Both the position numbers and the translations under genes were made by a program. Below are positions 28,540-38,145 of a stretch of 64,000 nt of DNA, piece after piece (within the stretch, counting starts at the first letter, position 1; every line of letters starts with the position of its first letter). This DNA is from a virus (taxonomy: Duplodnaviria; Caudoviricetes), in the IMG/VR virus record IMGVR_UViG_3300031993_000006, positions 64,001-128,000 of that record. One strand, given 5' to 3'. Under the pieces are notes generated by a model. The model saw only the letters and a list, made by a program, of their open reading frames with translations. It did not search any database and was not told the DNA's origin.

Positions 28540-30512
28540 TGGGAGTCGCTCCGTTCAAGGTAGTATTCGACAATGTTGATGGCGTTCTAGGCAAGATGTA
28601 TGTCCAGTGCTCGGATGTGTATACCCGTAAGACCGTGTTTGCGTTTGTGCTCGACACGATGACTTACCACAGCAAGGAAAAGGAGCGCACATGGGAAGGC
28701 CAGTTCGGGTACCACGATTGTATCGAGAAGTTCTTCAACGGGGTGGAGCATACCTTGCCGATTGGGCTTATACCCCGAGTCAAGAATTACCTTAAGGAAA
28801 CGTTTGGCGAAAATGCCCATATCGGGATTACTGACTCCATCCGGCAGATGTTTTCGCCGCCATTCGGGAAGATTACCAGTGAGACCGTGCAGAAGTATGC
28901 CGACTCGCTCGGAATGTGGAGAAAGGCGGCGTATCTTAGGGATTTGGGTAAGGCTAATGCCGCGATTGCCCGCGGGGAAAGTGTGGAGGTTCCGGACAAG
29001 TCTAAGTATGGCCTCAAGCTGTTCGACCACCAGGAGCAGATTGTGCTCGAGGCGCTCAACCGCCGACGGATATCCCTGCTGGCCTGTACGAGTTCGGGCA
29101 AGTCGCTTTCGATGATGGTTATTGCCCGGTACCTTGTCGACCGGGAGAACCGGAAGGTATTGGTGGTCGTTCCGAACGCCGCGCTGGTGCAGCAGTTGTT
29201 CCGAAACTTTGCCGAGGACTATGGATGGGAGGAGGCTGGGGAACATTGCATCAGGATGTATGCCAACTCACCGGACAAGCTAAAGAAGAAGCAGAAGGAT
29301 GAGTTGAAGCGCCTCAAGCTTGGCGAAGAGGCGATGCTGAAGGATATCACCATTTCTACCTGGCAGTCCCTCAGGACGAAGCCGGACGCCTTCTTTAAGG
29401 TGTTTACTGCGGTGATGGTGGATGAGGCGCATACGGCAAAGGGTAAGGAACTCCGCGATATTCTCGCCAAGTGTACCAACGCCAACAATCTAAAGGTAGG
29501 CTTTTCCGGGACTCTCCCGGATGCCGAGCTTACCGCCGAGATTACTTCGTCTCCCAGGCTCCGTGCGATGCTTGGTGATGTACTCCCGGGTCAGCAGATG
29601 GATGAGAGTGAAGTACGAAAAGCTGACTTGAGCAAGTATATCGACGCTGGCTTTATCGAGGGGGGTATCGGTCCCCGTAAGGATATCGTTCACCTGTGGG
29701 AGCTTATTGCGAAAGGAATCCTTACCCCTGTCAAGGTGAAGGCTATATTCATTCCGTATCCCCAGTCGGTGCGTCCAAGTATATGTTCGGCGAAGTGCCA
29801 CTATGATACCGAGCGGGATATCGTGGTCGGCAACAGTTCTCGGAAGGATGTTATCGGCAGTATGTTCGACAACGGGTATGTCACTGCTGAACAGAACACG
29901 GTAATCCTCTACAACTTCAAGGAGAACATGTATTCTCTGCTGGAGCACCTGAAGGTGAAGCATCCTGAGTTCACTTATCATGTAGTCGAGGGCGATGTCG
30001 ATGTAGACGACCGAGACGATATCAGCGTGAAGCTTGAGGACGGTGTTGGTAATGTACTGATTGCCACTTATCAGTGCCTCCGGCAGGGCGTGAACATAAC
30101 CTTGCTCCATAACCTCATTATGGCTGAGCCGGTAAAGTCCCCGTATACCGTGATGCAGTCCATCGGCCGCATTGTTCGCAAGAACTCGACCAAAACTAGT
30201 GCGACCGTGTATGACCTCGTTGATGATGCGTCGTATTACACGAGTCCGTACGGGGGAGGCCCGGGTAGACTCAAGCTCAACTATATGATGAAGCATTTCT
30301 ATATTCGGGCGGGCTATTACGAGAAGGAGAAAATTCCCATTGAGGAAGAACACTTGGATGGTATATACGAGGCGCAGGTGACACCGGACGATGTTAAGCA
30401 GCGCCGCGATGCTGCTATCAAGAAAGCGCAGGAGAATATGGCCAAGCGTCGTTCTCAGCAGCACTTCAGCGCGATTCAGCAGTTCGGGCCCCGTACGATG
30501 TTCACAAAATAG
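28539..30512 (+). CDS. uvsW: UvsW-like SF2 DNA helicase
   Basis: Q motif DHQ, Walker A CTSSGKS, DEAH, GFSGT, QSIGR; T4-like N-terminal LPIGL. Confidence 0.9.
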   Translation: MGVAPFKVVFDNVDGVLGKMYVQCSDVYTRKTVFAFVLDTMTYHSKEKERTWEGQFGYHDCIEKFFNGVEHTLPIGLIPRVKNYLKETFGENAHIGITDSIRQMFSPPFGKITSETVQKYADSLGMWRKAAYLRDLGKANAAIARGESVEVPDKSKYGLKLFDHQEQIVLEALNRRRISLLACTSSGKSLSMMVIARYLVDRENRKVLVVVPNAALVQQLFRNFAEDYGWEEAGEHCIRMYANSPDKLKKKQKDELKRLKLGEEAMLKDITISTWQSLRTKPDAFFKVFTAVMVDEAHTAKGKELRDILAKCTNANNLKVGFSGTLPDAELTAEITSSPRLRAMLGDVLPGQQMDESEVRKADLSKYIDAGFIEGGIGPRKDIVHLWELIAKGILTPVKVKAIFIPYPQSVRPSICSAKCHYDTERDIVVGNSSRKDVIGSMFDNGYVTAEQNTVILYNFKENMYSLLEHLKVKHPEFTYHVVEGDVDVDDRDDISVKLEDGVGNVLIATYQCLRQGVNITLLHNLIMAEPVKSPYTVMQSIGRIVRKNSTKTSATVYDLVDDASYYTSPYGGGPGRLKLNYMMKHFYIRAGYYEKEKIPIEEEHLDGIYEAQVTPDDVKQRRDAAIKKAQENMAKRRSQQHFSAIQQFGPRTMFTK

Positions 30513-31903
30513 TGGGCAGGAAGATGCCACCCTTTAGGGTGGCTTAGGAATGCCCACGAGAACACTTTGGGAACACTTTCTTGGTTTCTTGCAGAGAAAT
30601 GAGTACAAAACGGTTGCAATTAGCACTGTACTTTTATAAACTTTAAGCTGAACACGGGTGAAAGTATGTGTACGATAACTTACGATAACTTATAATGCAG
30701 AGCTCCGCTTCAAGGATAGAGCAGACCAAGAATACTGGTCTAGTCTTCTTGGAACGGCTAGACTCGCATACAATGAGTGTGCCAACATACTAGATTCCAA
30801 CAAGATACACCTGGACTTGAAGTCCGTACACAATGCGGTGTACTATATATTACGGGAAGACTTTCCGACAATACCATCCCAAGGTATCATCAAAATATAT
30901 AAGGAGTGCATATCAGCATTCCGTTCAATCAACTCCAATGGACATATAGAACACAAGATTCCGACCAAGAAGAACCTGTCTATGCGGTTGGACAAGCGGC
31001 TCTACTCCAAAATGAGTATTGATGGAATATCGCTTTGCTCGGAGAAATCCAATCGTAGGGCAGTTGCCGAAATAGTCAAGTTTCCCCGACTGGTTGATTT
31101 GTTCAAGAAATTTCCGACCCAGGACCCACTCATCTTCAAGCGAGACGGCAAGTTCTACTTGTCCATTCCGTTTGATGCACCAGAAATTCCAGTACAGAAC
31201 GACACCTGCATCGGCGTAGACTTGGGAGAGCGTAGGTTTGCGATTACCTCGGATGGCATCATGTTCAACGACAAGGAATACAATGCCCGTAGGCGTAAAC
31301 TCCGCTACTTGAAGCGTTGCTTACAGAAGAAGGGAACCAAGTCTGCTAGACGGCATAAACGCAACTTATCAGTTAAGGAAATGAACCAGTCCACAGATAT
31401 GTGCTATAAAGTTGCTAATGCAATTATTGAAATCACGGTGGATAGCTTCATCGTCCTAGAAGATTTAAGCAATATCAAGAAGAATACTTCCAAGTCCAAG
31501 GAAGGGTTCAAGAAGAAAAATCATAACCGTAGAATTGGGCAGGTTCCGTTCTACAAATTCAAACAAATCTTGTCATACAAGGCACTACTCAATGGAAAAC
31601 GGGTAGAAACAGTTTCTCCGTTTATGACAAGCCAAACCGACTGCACGACAGGCAAGAAAGACGGAACACGCAAGAACCGAAGATTCTATTGCAAGAATGG
31701 TACCGTCCTTGATGCCGACTGGAATGGTGCAGTCAATATCGCTCAAAAGAGCAAACATCCTTTCTCGTTCAAGATGCCGCTAGACGGTACTCTGAAAACC
31801 TGGAAGGCAGGGTGCAAGTCAACCACCCAATCGTGTATCAGTCTCCCTCTGGAAACACCGGGAGCCGTACAAGCTCACCGCCTTTAGTCGGTGGGTAGTT
31901 GAC
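30513..31903 (+). mobile_element. IS200/IS605-family tnpB-only element #1
   Basis: Left-end hairpin GCCACCC-TTTA-GGGTGGC (30526-30543), right-end hairpin CTCACCG...CGGTGGG followed by TAGTTGAC (to 31903). No tnpA. Confidence 0.8.
30666..31887 (+). pseudogene. tnpB: TnpB RNA-guided nuclease, 5' end frameshifted by a 10-bp tandem duplication
   Basis: RuvC motifs GVDLG, VLEDL and DADWNGAVNI are intact. ATG 30666 reaches TAA at 30693 because TACGATAACT occurs twice (30671-30690). Removing one copy gives MCTITYNAELRF..., in frame with the 30817 ORF. Confidence 0.8.
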
Positions 31904-31916
31904 CCGTTAGATTTTT

Positions 31917-31925
31917 GCTATATTT
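31917..31925 (+). promoter_or_regulatory. GCTATATTT extended -10-like promoter, leaderless configuration
   Basis: 6 nt before ATG 31932, no SD. Confidence 0.6.
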
Positions 31926-31931
31926 GCTGAT

Positions 31932-32696
31932 ATGAAACAGAGCTTATTTACGAAGTACTTGAATGACCTGCTCAATGTCGAGCAGTTTGCTGGTAAGGAT
32001 TTTTGCCAGAACGGCTTGCTGGTCGATGCGACTGGAGACCCCGACCATAATATTGAGAAGGTTGTTACCGGCGTCAGCCTTAGGGATGCCTTGATTGAAA
32101 AGGCTATCGAGGCCAAGGCGGATGCTATCGTGGTGCATCACCCGAATGGTTTCTGGAATTCTATCAAGGACCATCGGCTTGTCGACCGCCACGGCAATTA
32201 TATGCGAAAGCTCATAAAGGCCGGAATCAGCCTGTACGGTTACCACTTGCCGCTTGATTTCCACGATACTATCGGGAATAATGCGGTCATTGCCGCCTTG
32301 CTGAAAATGCAGGTCGCGTCTCGGTTCGGCTATGCCGACATAGGCGTTATCGGAAAGTGCAAGATTACCAAGGCTCGTCTCGAGTCGGTATTTCCTAAGG
32401 GCGTTATTATTGTCGGTACGCTCGACCCTAATGCCCGATACGATGTCGCTGTTTGCAGTGGCGCCGGTGGTTCCGAAATCGAGGAATTTGGAATTGGGAA
32501 GAAGCCGTGTGATGTATTCATTACGGGCGAAGTCCACGAATCTACGGTAATATATGCTCAGGAAAATAACATTACATTGGTAATTGCCGGGCACCACCGT
32601 AGCGAAGTTTTCGGGGTACGGGCGCTTGCTGACTTGTTTAACAGAACGCGCGGCATTCGCCGTGGAACTTTTATTGATATAGACAACCCCATTTAG
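31932..32696 (+). CDS. Nif3-like (DUF34/YbgI) dinuclear metal-centre protein
   Basis: NGLLV, HHP, YHLPLDFH, ITGE, AGHHRSEVFG. Confidence 0.92.
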   Translation: MKQSLFTKYLNDLLNVEQFAGKDFCQNGLLVDATGDPDHNIEKVVTGVSLRDALIEKAIEAKADAIVVHHPNGFWNSIKDHRLVDRHGNYMRKLIKAGISLYGYHLPLDFHDTIGNNAVIAALLKMQVASRFGYADIGVIGKCKITKARLESVFPKGVIIVGTLDPNARYDVAVCSGAGGSEIEEFGIGKKPCDVFITGEVHESTVIYAQENNITLVIAGHHRSEVFGVRALADLFNRTRGIRRGTFIDIDNPI

Positions 32697-32709
32697 GAGG
32701 AAGTATAAT

Positions 32710-33153
32710 ATGGCAAATCTTAAGATTCAAGTTAAGTATCTTAACGAAACGGTAAATAGAATCGGCTTCGACGCTGAAGGCAAAGGGGATTGGATTGACC
32801 TCTACGCTGCTGAAGCAGTCGAATTGAAGGCTGGGGAACATAAGCTGGTTCATCTCGGGGTGGCGATGAAGCTACCGGATGATTATGAAGCTATCCTCGC
32901 CGAACGTAGTTCTACATTTAAGAATTACGGCGTTCTCCAGACCAATGCTATCGGTGTTATCGATAACAGTTACAGCGGTCCGGAAGACTGGTGGAAGTTG
33001 TCGGTCTATGCTACCCGCGATGTGACTATCCCGGCTGGCGCAAAGATTGCTCAGTTCCGAATCCAGAAGCGTCAGGGGCGCGATATCGAAATTGCCGAAG
33101 TTGCTGACCTTGAAGGCAAGAACCGTGGTGGTTTTGGTTCTACCGGTAAGTAA
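32710..33153 (+). CDS. dut: Trimeric dUTPase
   Basis: DWIDL, RSS, GVIDNSYSG, IAQ, RGGFGSTG. Confidence 0.95.
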   Translation: MANLKIQVKYLNETVNRIGFDAEGKGDWIDLYAAEAVELKAGEHKLVHLGVAMKLPDDYEAILAERSSTFKNYGVLQTNAIGVIDNSYSGPEDWWKLSVYATRDVTIPAGAKIAQFRIQKRQGRDIEIAEVADLEGKNRGGFGSTGK

Positions 33154-33174
33154 TTCAACAATTTGGTGCATTGG

Positions 33175-33206
33175 AAAGGGGCGCGTACTAGTTACGCGCC
33201 CTTTTT
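33175..33206 (+). terminator. Rho-independent terminator
   Basis: GGGCGCGTA-CTAGT-TACGCGCCC-TTTTT. Confidence 0.85.
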
Positions 33207-33212
33207 GATATG

Positions 33213-33389
33213 GTGAACTACGCACCGCCTAGAGGCAATGAGCTTCGCGTTAGTCCCGAATGGATGCCCGCGCCTTTAACCCCGATTTCCCCGAGGCGAG
33301 TACCTTGCGATACACTAATAGTTTATAAATTTTTACCCAATGTGTCAAGGGGCTTTCATATCACCGCCTAAAGATGGTGAGTTTTCCGC
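33213..33389 (-). mobile_element. Non-coding IS200/IS605 mini-element (left end, promoter, omegaRNA scaffold, right end)
   Basis: 33213-33300 aligns with the 3' end of tnpB element #2 (49813-49900). Left-end hairpin TCACCATC-TTTA-GGCGGTGA. TTGACA-17-TAAACT promoter on the minus strand (33348-33320). Confidence 0.8.
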
Positions 33390-33412
33390 CTATACTCTAT
33401 AAACTAGTCGAT

Positions 33413-36400
33413 ATGAATACGCTAGCTAATATCATCCTCGAATCTCATCTTGGCACCCGTATGCAGAACCTGCTGTACGAGGCCTGTTGCATTTTGGAAG
33501 CAACCAATATCAACAAGGACTACTTGTTGCATGTTGCCGGCTCGCCCGAGAAACTGGCTGATGCGAAAACCAAGGTCAACGAGGCTTGGGCGAATGCTTC
33601 CTTGGCAAATATTATTCCGGCGAAGCTGAACCAGAAGGTTCTTAATTTTACCTACCTGATGGAATTGTTGCAGCCCGGGTTTACCGATGGTGAGTATATT
33701 GCCCAGATTCACGATTTGGCTATCCAGCGTAGTCTGGAGCAGCGTTTTATTAACAAGGTTAATTCCGATACCGTACCTGAGCAGGCTAAGGCAATCCTTT
33801 ATTCGGCAAACGCCGATGCGGTGCAGGCTGCCAAGACATATCCTGAGCTTACTCCGGAGCAGGAGAGGATATGGAATCGCGTGAAGGTTTACCATGAGTT
33901 TCCCGATGGGTTCCGGTGGGTCTATGCCGTGGATGATAATGGTTGCAAGATTGGGTATATACCGTCTGCAATTACTGCGATTACGATGCATCATTGCGGT
34001 AACGAACCGTCCAAGAAGGAAGGAAATGAATATTGGGAATTGCGCGATGCTCGAGGTAAGGCTTATTTGACTGTTATCTTGAACGATGACGGGGGCATCG
34101 AGGAGTCCAAGTCTTGGGGAAACCAGCTTAACAAGTATACGGATATGATTCGGCCGCATGTAAAATGGTTGCTGAAGGACCGTCAGGTAACTGGCGTAGG
34201 TGACCGGTACAATGTCGGCTATGCACCCGATAGGAACTTTGGTGTTAAGGATTTCGTCGGAAAGGATGATGAATTCGTTGACTATGTGGTTGAAAATAAG
34301 CCTCAGCTCATTGGTAAGGCGGAAGCCCGTGTGTTGTTCTTGAAGGGTGCGATAGACAGCGGTGTGCTTTCTGTGCAGGATTTGAAGAATGCTTATGCGG
34401 AAGGAATGACTATCTCCGATTTGGAGGATATGGTTCCCGCATTGTCTGAATATGAGGAGCAAGCAAGGTTTAAGCTACCTACTGACGAAAAGGGCTGCTC
34501 TGCTGGTTCAATATTTGGATTTAACTCATTTGCTGTATTGTGTGCCGCGTGTGGGGGGAACCCGTTTAATAAAGAGGAACTTATATCCCTGATTATGGAG
34601 GATAAGATAAGCCTTGAAGTATTTGCGAACTATGATGTTCATTTGTTGACCGATGATATCCAGGCGGCTTTTGTTAAGGCTAACCCCACTCATAACTTAA
34701 ATGTCTTGCAGGAAATCGCGGCACAGGTTGCAAGTTTCACAATTTCTCCTACGACTATTGATGCTTTGTTTCCTGAAGCGAACGAGAATAGCAGCAAGGT
34801 AAATCTAGGTAATCGGTTGTATACTCTTTTGCGTTATGTGGAACAAGGTAATCCGCCGTCGAAGATGTATAAATATGCGGAGCGTTTATTTTTGACAGAA
34901 CCTTCCATTCGTGTATTGGAAGATGTTATTCGGAGTTCGGCTTACGAATATGGGTGGAATTTGGATTCTGTCGGGTGCTTGCAGCGATGCATTAACATAC
35001 TTCGTATTCACGATATCCCAAACCGTGTGGCCATTGTTACTCATTTAGCGGAAATCTTTAGTTCGGGTGACTTGGATAGCTTTAATGTTAATTCGAGCCA
35101 TGTAGCTGAAATGGTGGCATCATTTGATTTAATAGATAACGAAGAATTGATTAGTGGGCTTGGACGAGGATTGAGCACGGATGTTTTGCTTATGGCGTTG
35201 ACCGGATTGAGCGATAATACTGAATATGATGTTATACAGCATATGATTCATGTTATCGAGCGGATGAAAGGCCCTGAGTTCTTGCAGCAGCCGGAGATTT
35301 TAGGGAAGTTGACTGATTTTCGCCTAACTTGGGCTTTGATAAATATACATCCGGATAGCGAGGGTAGTGAGGATATTGCGATTAAAACTGCCAATCGCTG
35401 TTGTGCTATACTTTCATCAGGCCATAGTTCAAGCGACTTGAAAGGTTCGGCAAGAAGTATTCTCCTGCAGACTATGGGAAAGTTCCCCTCGATTATACCG
35501 GCGGTGTATGAAGAAGAAAAGGGTGACTTTATAAAGGCTATTGAAGCTGTAATGTCAAAGGAGAACTCCAAGGAAATAAAATCGGCTGGACTGTCTGAGC
35601 CGATGGTGGAAACTATAATCGATGCAATTGCAGGTATGGTCGAAATAAATACTGACCGCGACCGGAGCTGGGATTATGGGAACTCCCGGGAGATGTGTTG
35701 CGACGACTGGGAAAGGCTAGGAAAGTCATTGTGCTATATGGCAAGGCTGTACAGCATTCACCCAAAGGTACTTTGCGCGAAATGTCAGGAACGCTTGCCG
35801 GCTATGATAGAGTACAGGTGTAATGTTCCCGGCGCGTGGGATTTTTGTGAGGTTCCGTTTGAACAATGGGAAGCTGCATTTAGGAAATGGGGGTACAGAT
35901 TCCTGCGCTATTATGTTCTCCTTATGCCAGATGACCAGTTTAACGAAAGTAAGTTCATTAGTGACTTCGTTGTGAATAAGTTGGCTAATGCTGATGAAGC
36001 AAATGGTGATATTGTTGATGCGATTGAAAGAATGCGGAGTGGGATTGGACCCGGGAAGATGAGCCGCATCGCAAAGGTTATGTCATATAAGATTGTCCAC
36101 AATGAATTGCCGATGGATGAACAGCGGTTCAATGCGCTGTATCGGTTGCGTATGATTAATTCTGATGCTTATCGTGCATATATGAGCCGTATAAAGGAAG
36201 CTACTGGTTCCGACATTACGATTTCTTCGCTTGAAGATGCTGAAAACACGAACCGTATGATAAAGAGCATGACCAAGTACGACCGGATGCCGGATATTGT
36301 GTCGACAACAGTAAAATATCTGCTTGACTATATTTATGAACATCTCGGCGACGGAAGGCATACTTGGAGAGTTGACGAAGAGGCATACGAATATGTCGAT

Positions 36401-36709
36401 GTCCTTGACTCCATAATGGGCAAGATTCTTTCTAAGTATAAGACCGGAATGGTTCCTTATACTATCAAGCGTCTATTCGATGATGGTTCCTTTGCGCGCA
36501 TCGATGGTTTCAAGAAGGCTAACTGGGATGCTTGTAATACCCCGGGAAAGCCGTTGTCGAAATTTAAGTGCGATGCCGACGGTATTATGGAGGAGATTGC
36601 CGGTCAAATGCATGCTGTCCGCGATACTGTGGAAGAGATTGCGGCAAAGCCAATTAAGAAGCCGAGCGCCAAAAAGCGGGCTGTTAAGGCAACTCCTGTA
36701 CCTAATTAG
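33413..36709 (+). CDS. Large hypothetical protein with a PcfJ-like domain
   Basis: MHHCGN...YWELRDARGKAYLTV...ESKSWGN resembles the PcfJ pattern (M.HC, LRD, T, K..N). TATAAACT at 33398-33405 favours ATG 33413. Confidence 0.75.
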   Translation: MNTLANIILESHLGTRMQNLLYEACCILEATNINKDYLLHVAGSPEKLADAKTKVNEAWANASLANIIPAKLNQKVLNFTYLMELLQPGFTDGEYIAQIHDLAIQRSLEQRFINKVNSDTVPEQAKAILYSANADAVQAAKTYPELTPEQERIWNRVKVYHEFPDGFRWVYAVDDNGCKIGYIPSAITAITMHHCGNEPSKKEGNEYWELRDARGKAYLTVILNDDGGIEESKSWGNQLNKYTDMIRPHVKWLLKDRQVTGVGDRYNVGYAPDRNFGVKDFVGKDDEFVDYVVENKPQLIGKAEARVLFLKGAIDSGVLSVQDLKNAYAEGMTISDLEDMVPALSEYEEQARFKLPTDEKGCSAGSIFGFNSFAVLCAACGGNPFNKEELISLIMEDKISLEVFANYDVHLLTDDIQAAFVKANPTHNLNVLQEIAAQVASFTISPTTIDALFPEANENSSKVNLGNRLYTLLRYVEQGNPPSKMYKYAERLFLTEPSIRVLEDVIRSSAYEYGWNLDSVGCLQRCINILRIHDIPNRVAIVTHLAEIFSSGDLDSFNVNSSHVAEMVASFDLIDNEELISGLGRGLSTDVLLMALTGLSDNTEYDVIQHMIHVIERMKGPEFLQQPEILGKLTDFRLTWALINIHPDSEGSEDIAIKTANRCCAILSSGHSSSDLKGSARSILLQTMGKFPSIIPAVYEEEKGDFIKAIEAVMSKENSKEIKSAGLSEPMVETIIDAIAGMVEINTDRDRSWDYGNSREMCCDDWERLGKSLCYMARLYSIHPKVLCAKCQERLPAMIEYRCNVPGAWDFCEVPFEQWEAAFRKWGYRFLRYYVLLMPDDQFNESKFISDFVVNKLANADEANGDIVDAIERMRSGIGPGKMSRIAKVMSYKIVHNELPMDEQRFNALYRLRMINSDAYRAYMSRIKEATGSDITISSLEDAENTNRMIKSMTKYDRMPDIVSTTVKYLLDYIYEHLGDGRHTWRVDEEAYEYVDVLDSIMGKILSKYKTGMVPYTIKRLFDDGSFARIDGFKKANWDACNTPGKPLSKFKCDADGIMEEIAGQMHAVRDTVEEIAAKPIKKPSAKKRAVKATPVPN

Positions 36710-36719
36710 TTATTTTTTC

Positions 36720-36728
36720 GCTATATTT
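36720..36728 (+). promoter_or_regulatory. GCTATATTT promoter, leaderless configuration
   Basis: 5 nt before the rnh ATG, no SD. Confidence 0.6.
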
Positions 36729-36733
36729 GTGAT

Positions 36734-38116
36734 ATGGCAAAAAAGAGTAACAGGGCTGCTAAGGCGTTCAAGACGTTGACCTCGGAGCCGCCGGTCACAA
36801 GTTACCCGTACAACAATAACAGGGTAATGATAGTTGACTGGGCCTCCCTGTCCTATCATATGTTTTATTCAATAGGTTCGGATAAAAACCGTGCCAAGTA
36901 CGGTTTGATGAGTTCCGAGGGTGAAATTGAACTGTGGCGTACCAAGATGGTCACTAAGTTGATGGATTATGTCGCCCTGTTCAACCCGAAGCACATCATT
37001 TTTGCCCTAGAAGGCAAGGCCGCTTGGCGAAAGAAGTTTGTCGAGCGTTACTACGACGAGCATGCGGTAATTTACTGGAACTCGAGTGAGTATTATGTGC
37101 AGGCGGACAACTACCTCTACATGGTACAGAAGGCTACGGTAGGCGATGGGTATGCCATTACCAAGCTGAAGGCGTCAGACCGTCTGAAACTCGGGGAACT
37201 TTCCCACAAGTTACTTGGAAAGATGCCCCAGAAGCAGCACGATATGTTCTGGAAGCTGAAGCTGCCGAAGGGTCAGCCAGTGCTGCCATCCTACAAGGGT
37301 CACCGCGCGTCGAAACCATGGACTTTTTTCACTGATAAGAAGGTATGGGCTGAGTATCGTGAGCAGTTTGCTCAGGAACTTGCCCCCTTGTTCCGCGCCC
37401 GCGCCATCCAGTGTCTCCATGCTGAAGGTGACGATATCATCTATGCGGCCGCAACACAGCTTGCTGTGGAGAGCGATGATATCATTGTCATCACGAAAGA
37501 CTCGGACATGACGCAGATTAAGTACTCCAATGTTAAGATTTTCAATCACCAGACCGATACATTCTCTACGCTGGATGACCCGGAGAAATATCTTGACCTT
37601 AAGGTCTTGATGGGGGATAGCTCCGATAACATCAACGGTATGGCGTTTGTCAACCCGAAGGATGGGTCATTTGCCGAAAAGCGGAATACCCAGCTTTCTG
37701 ATGTAGGCGCGGCAGACCTCCTTGCAAACTGCCCGAATGTCTACGAGGCTGCGAAGAAGTACGGTTGGGATGACCAGTATATGAGGAACCGTACGCTCAT
37801 CGACCTTTCCCGGGTTCCCCCTGATGTGACACAGGAAATCGATATACAGATGGACTTGACGCGCGAGCCTGACTTCGTTGCCGGATTCGAACGCCTGGAA
37901 TTCTGGAATATCCCCGAGCGCATCCAGTCGACCTACCGGATTATGCAGACGAGCGGGTTTTTCGCACTGAATAATGTCAATACGACGAATATTTTGGACA
38001 TCGCCGCATACAACAAGCAGAAGGAGGAATCCGCCCATGTACCTCTTGAAGTGGTTGATTCGGTGGCTACGGCGGAGAATTTCGGCCTCGAAGACGACCT
38101 TGATGTGAATTTCTGA
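36734..38116 (+). CDS. rnh: T4-type RNase H / 5'-3' exonuclease (FEN family)
   Basis: IVDW, YKGHR, EGDDII, TKDSDM, LMGDSSDNING, RNRTLIDL. Confidence 0.9.
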   Translation: MAKKSNRAAKAFKTLTSEPPVTSYPYNNNRVMIVDWASLSYHMFYSIGSDKNRAKYGLMSSEGEIELWRTKMVTKLMDYVALFNPKHIIFALEGKAAWRKKFVERYYDEHAVIYWNSSEYYVQADNYLYMVQKATVGDGYAITKLKASDRLKLGELSHKLLGKMPQKQHDMFWKLKLPKGQPVLPSYKGHRASKPWTFFTDKKVWAEYREQFAQELAPLFRARAIQCLHAEGDDIIYAAATQLAVESDDIIVITKDSDMTQIKYSNVKIFNHQTDTFSTLDDPEKYLDLKVLMGDSSDNINGMAFVNPKDGSFAEKRNTQLSDVGAADLLANCPNVYEAAKKYGWDDQYMRNRTLIDLSRVPPDVTQEIDIQMDLTREPDFVAGFERLEFWNIPERIQSTYRIMQTSGFFALNNVNTTNILDIAAYNKQKEESAHVPLEVVDSVATAENFGLEDDLDVNF

Positions 38117-38145
38117 TATAGTTTCCTCGGTAAAGAGGAATTTCT

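Noticed and set aside
31904-31926. tnpB #1 guide (CCGTTAGATTTTTGCTATATTTG) targeting the phage's GCTATATTT promoters
   Set aside because: This is just flanking sequence. Matches to other promoters cover only the distal part, not the seed.
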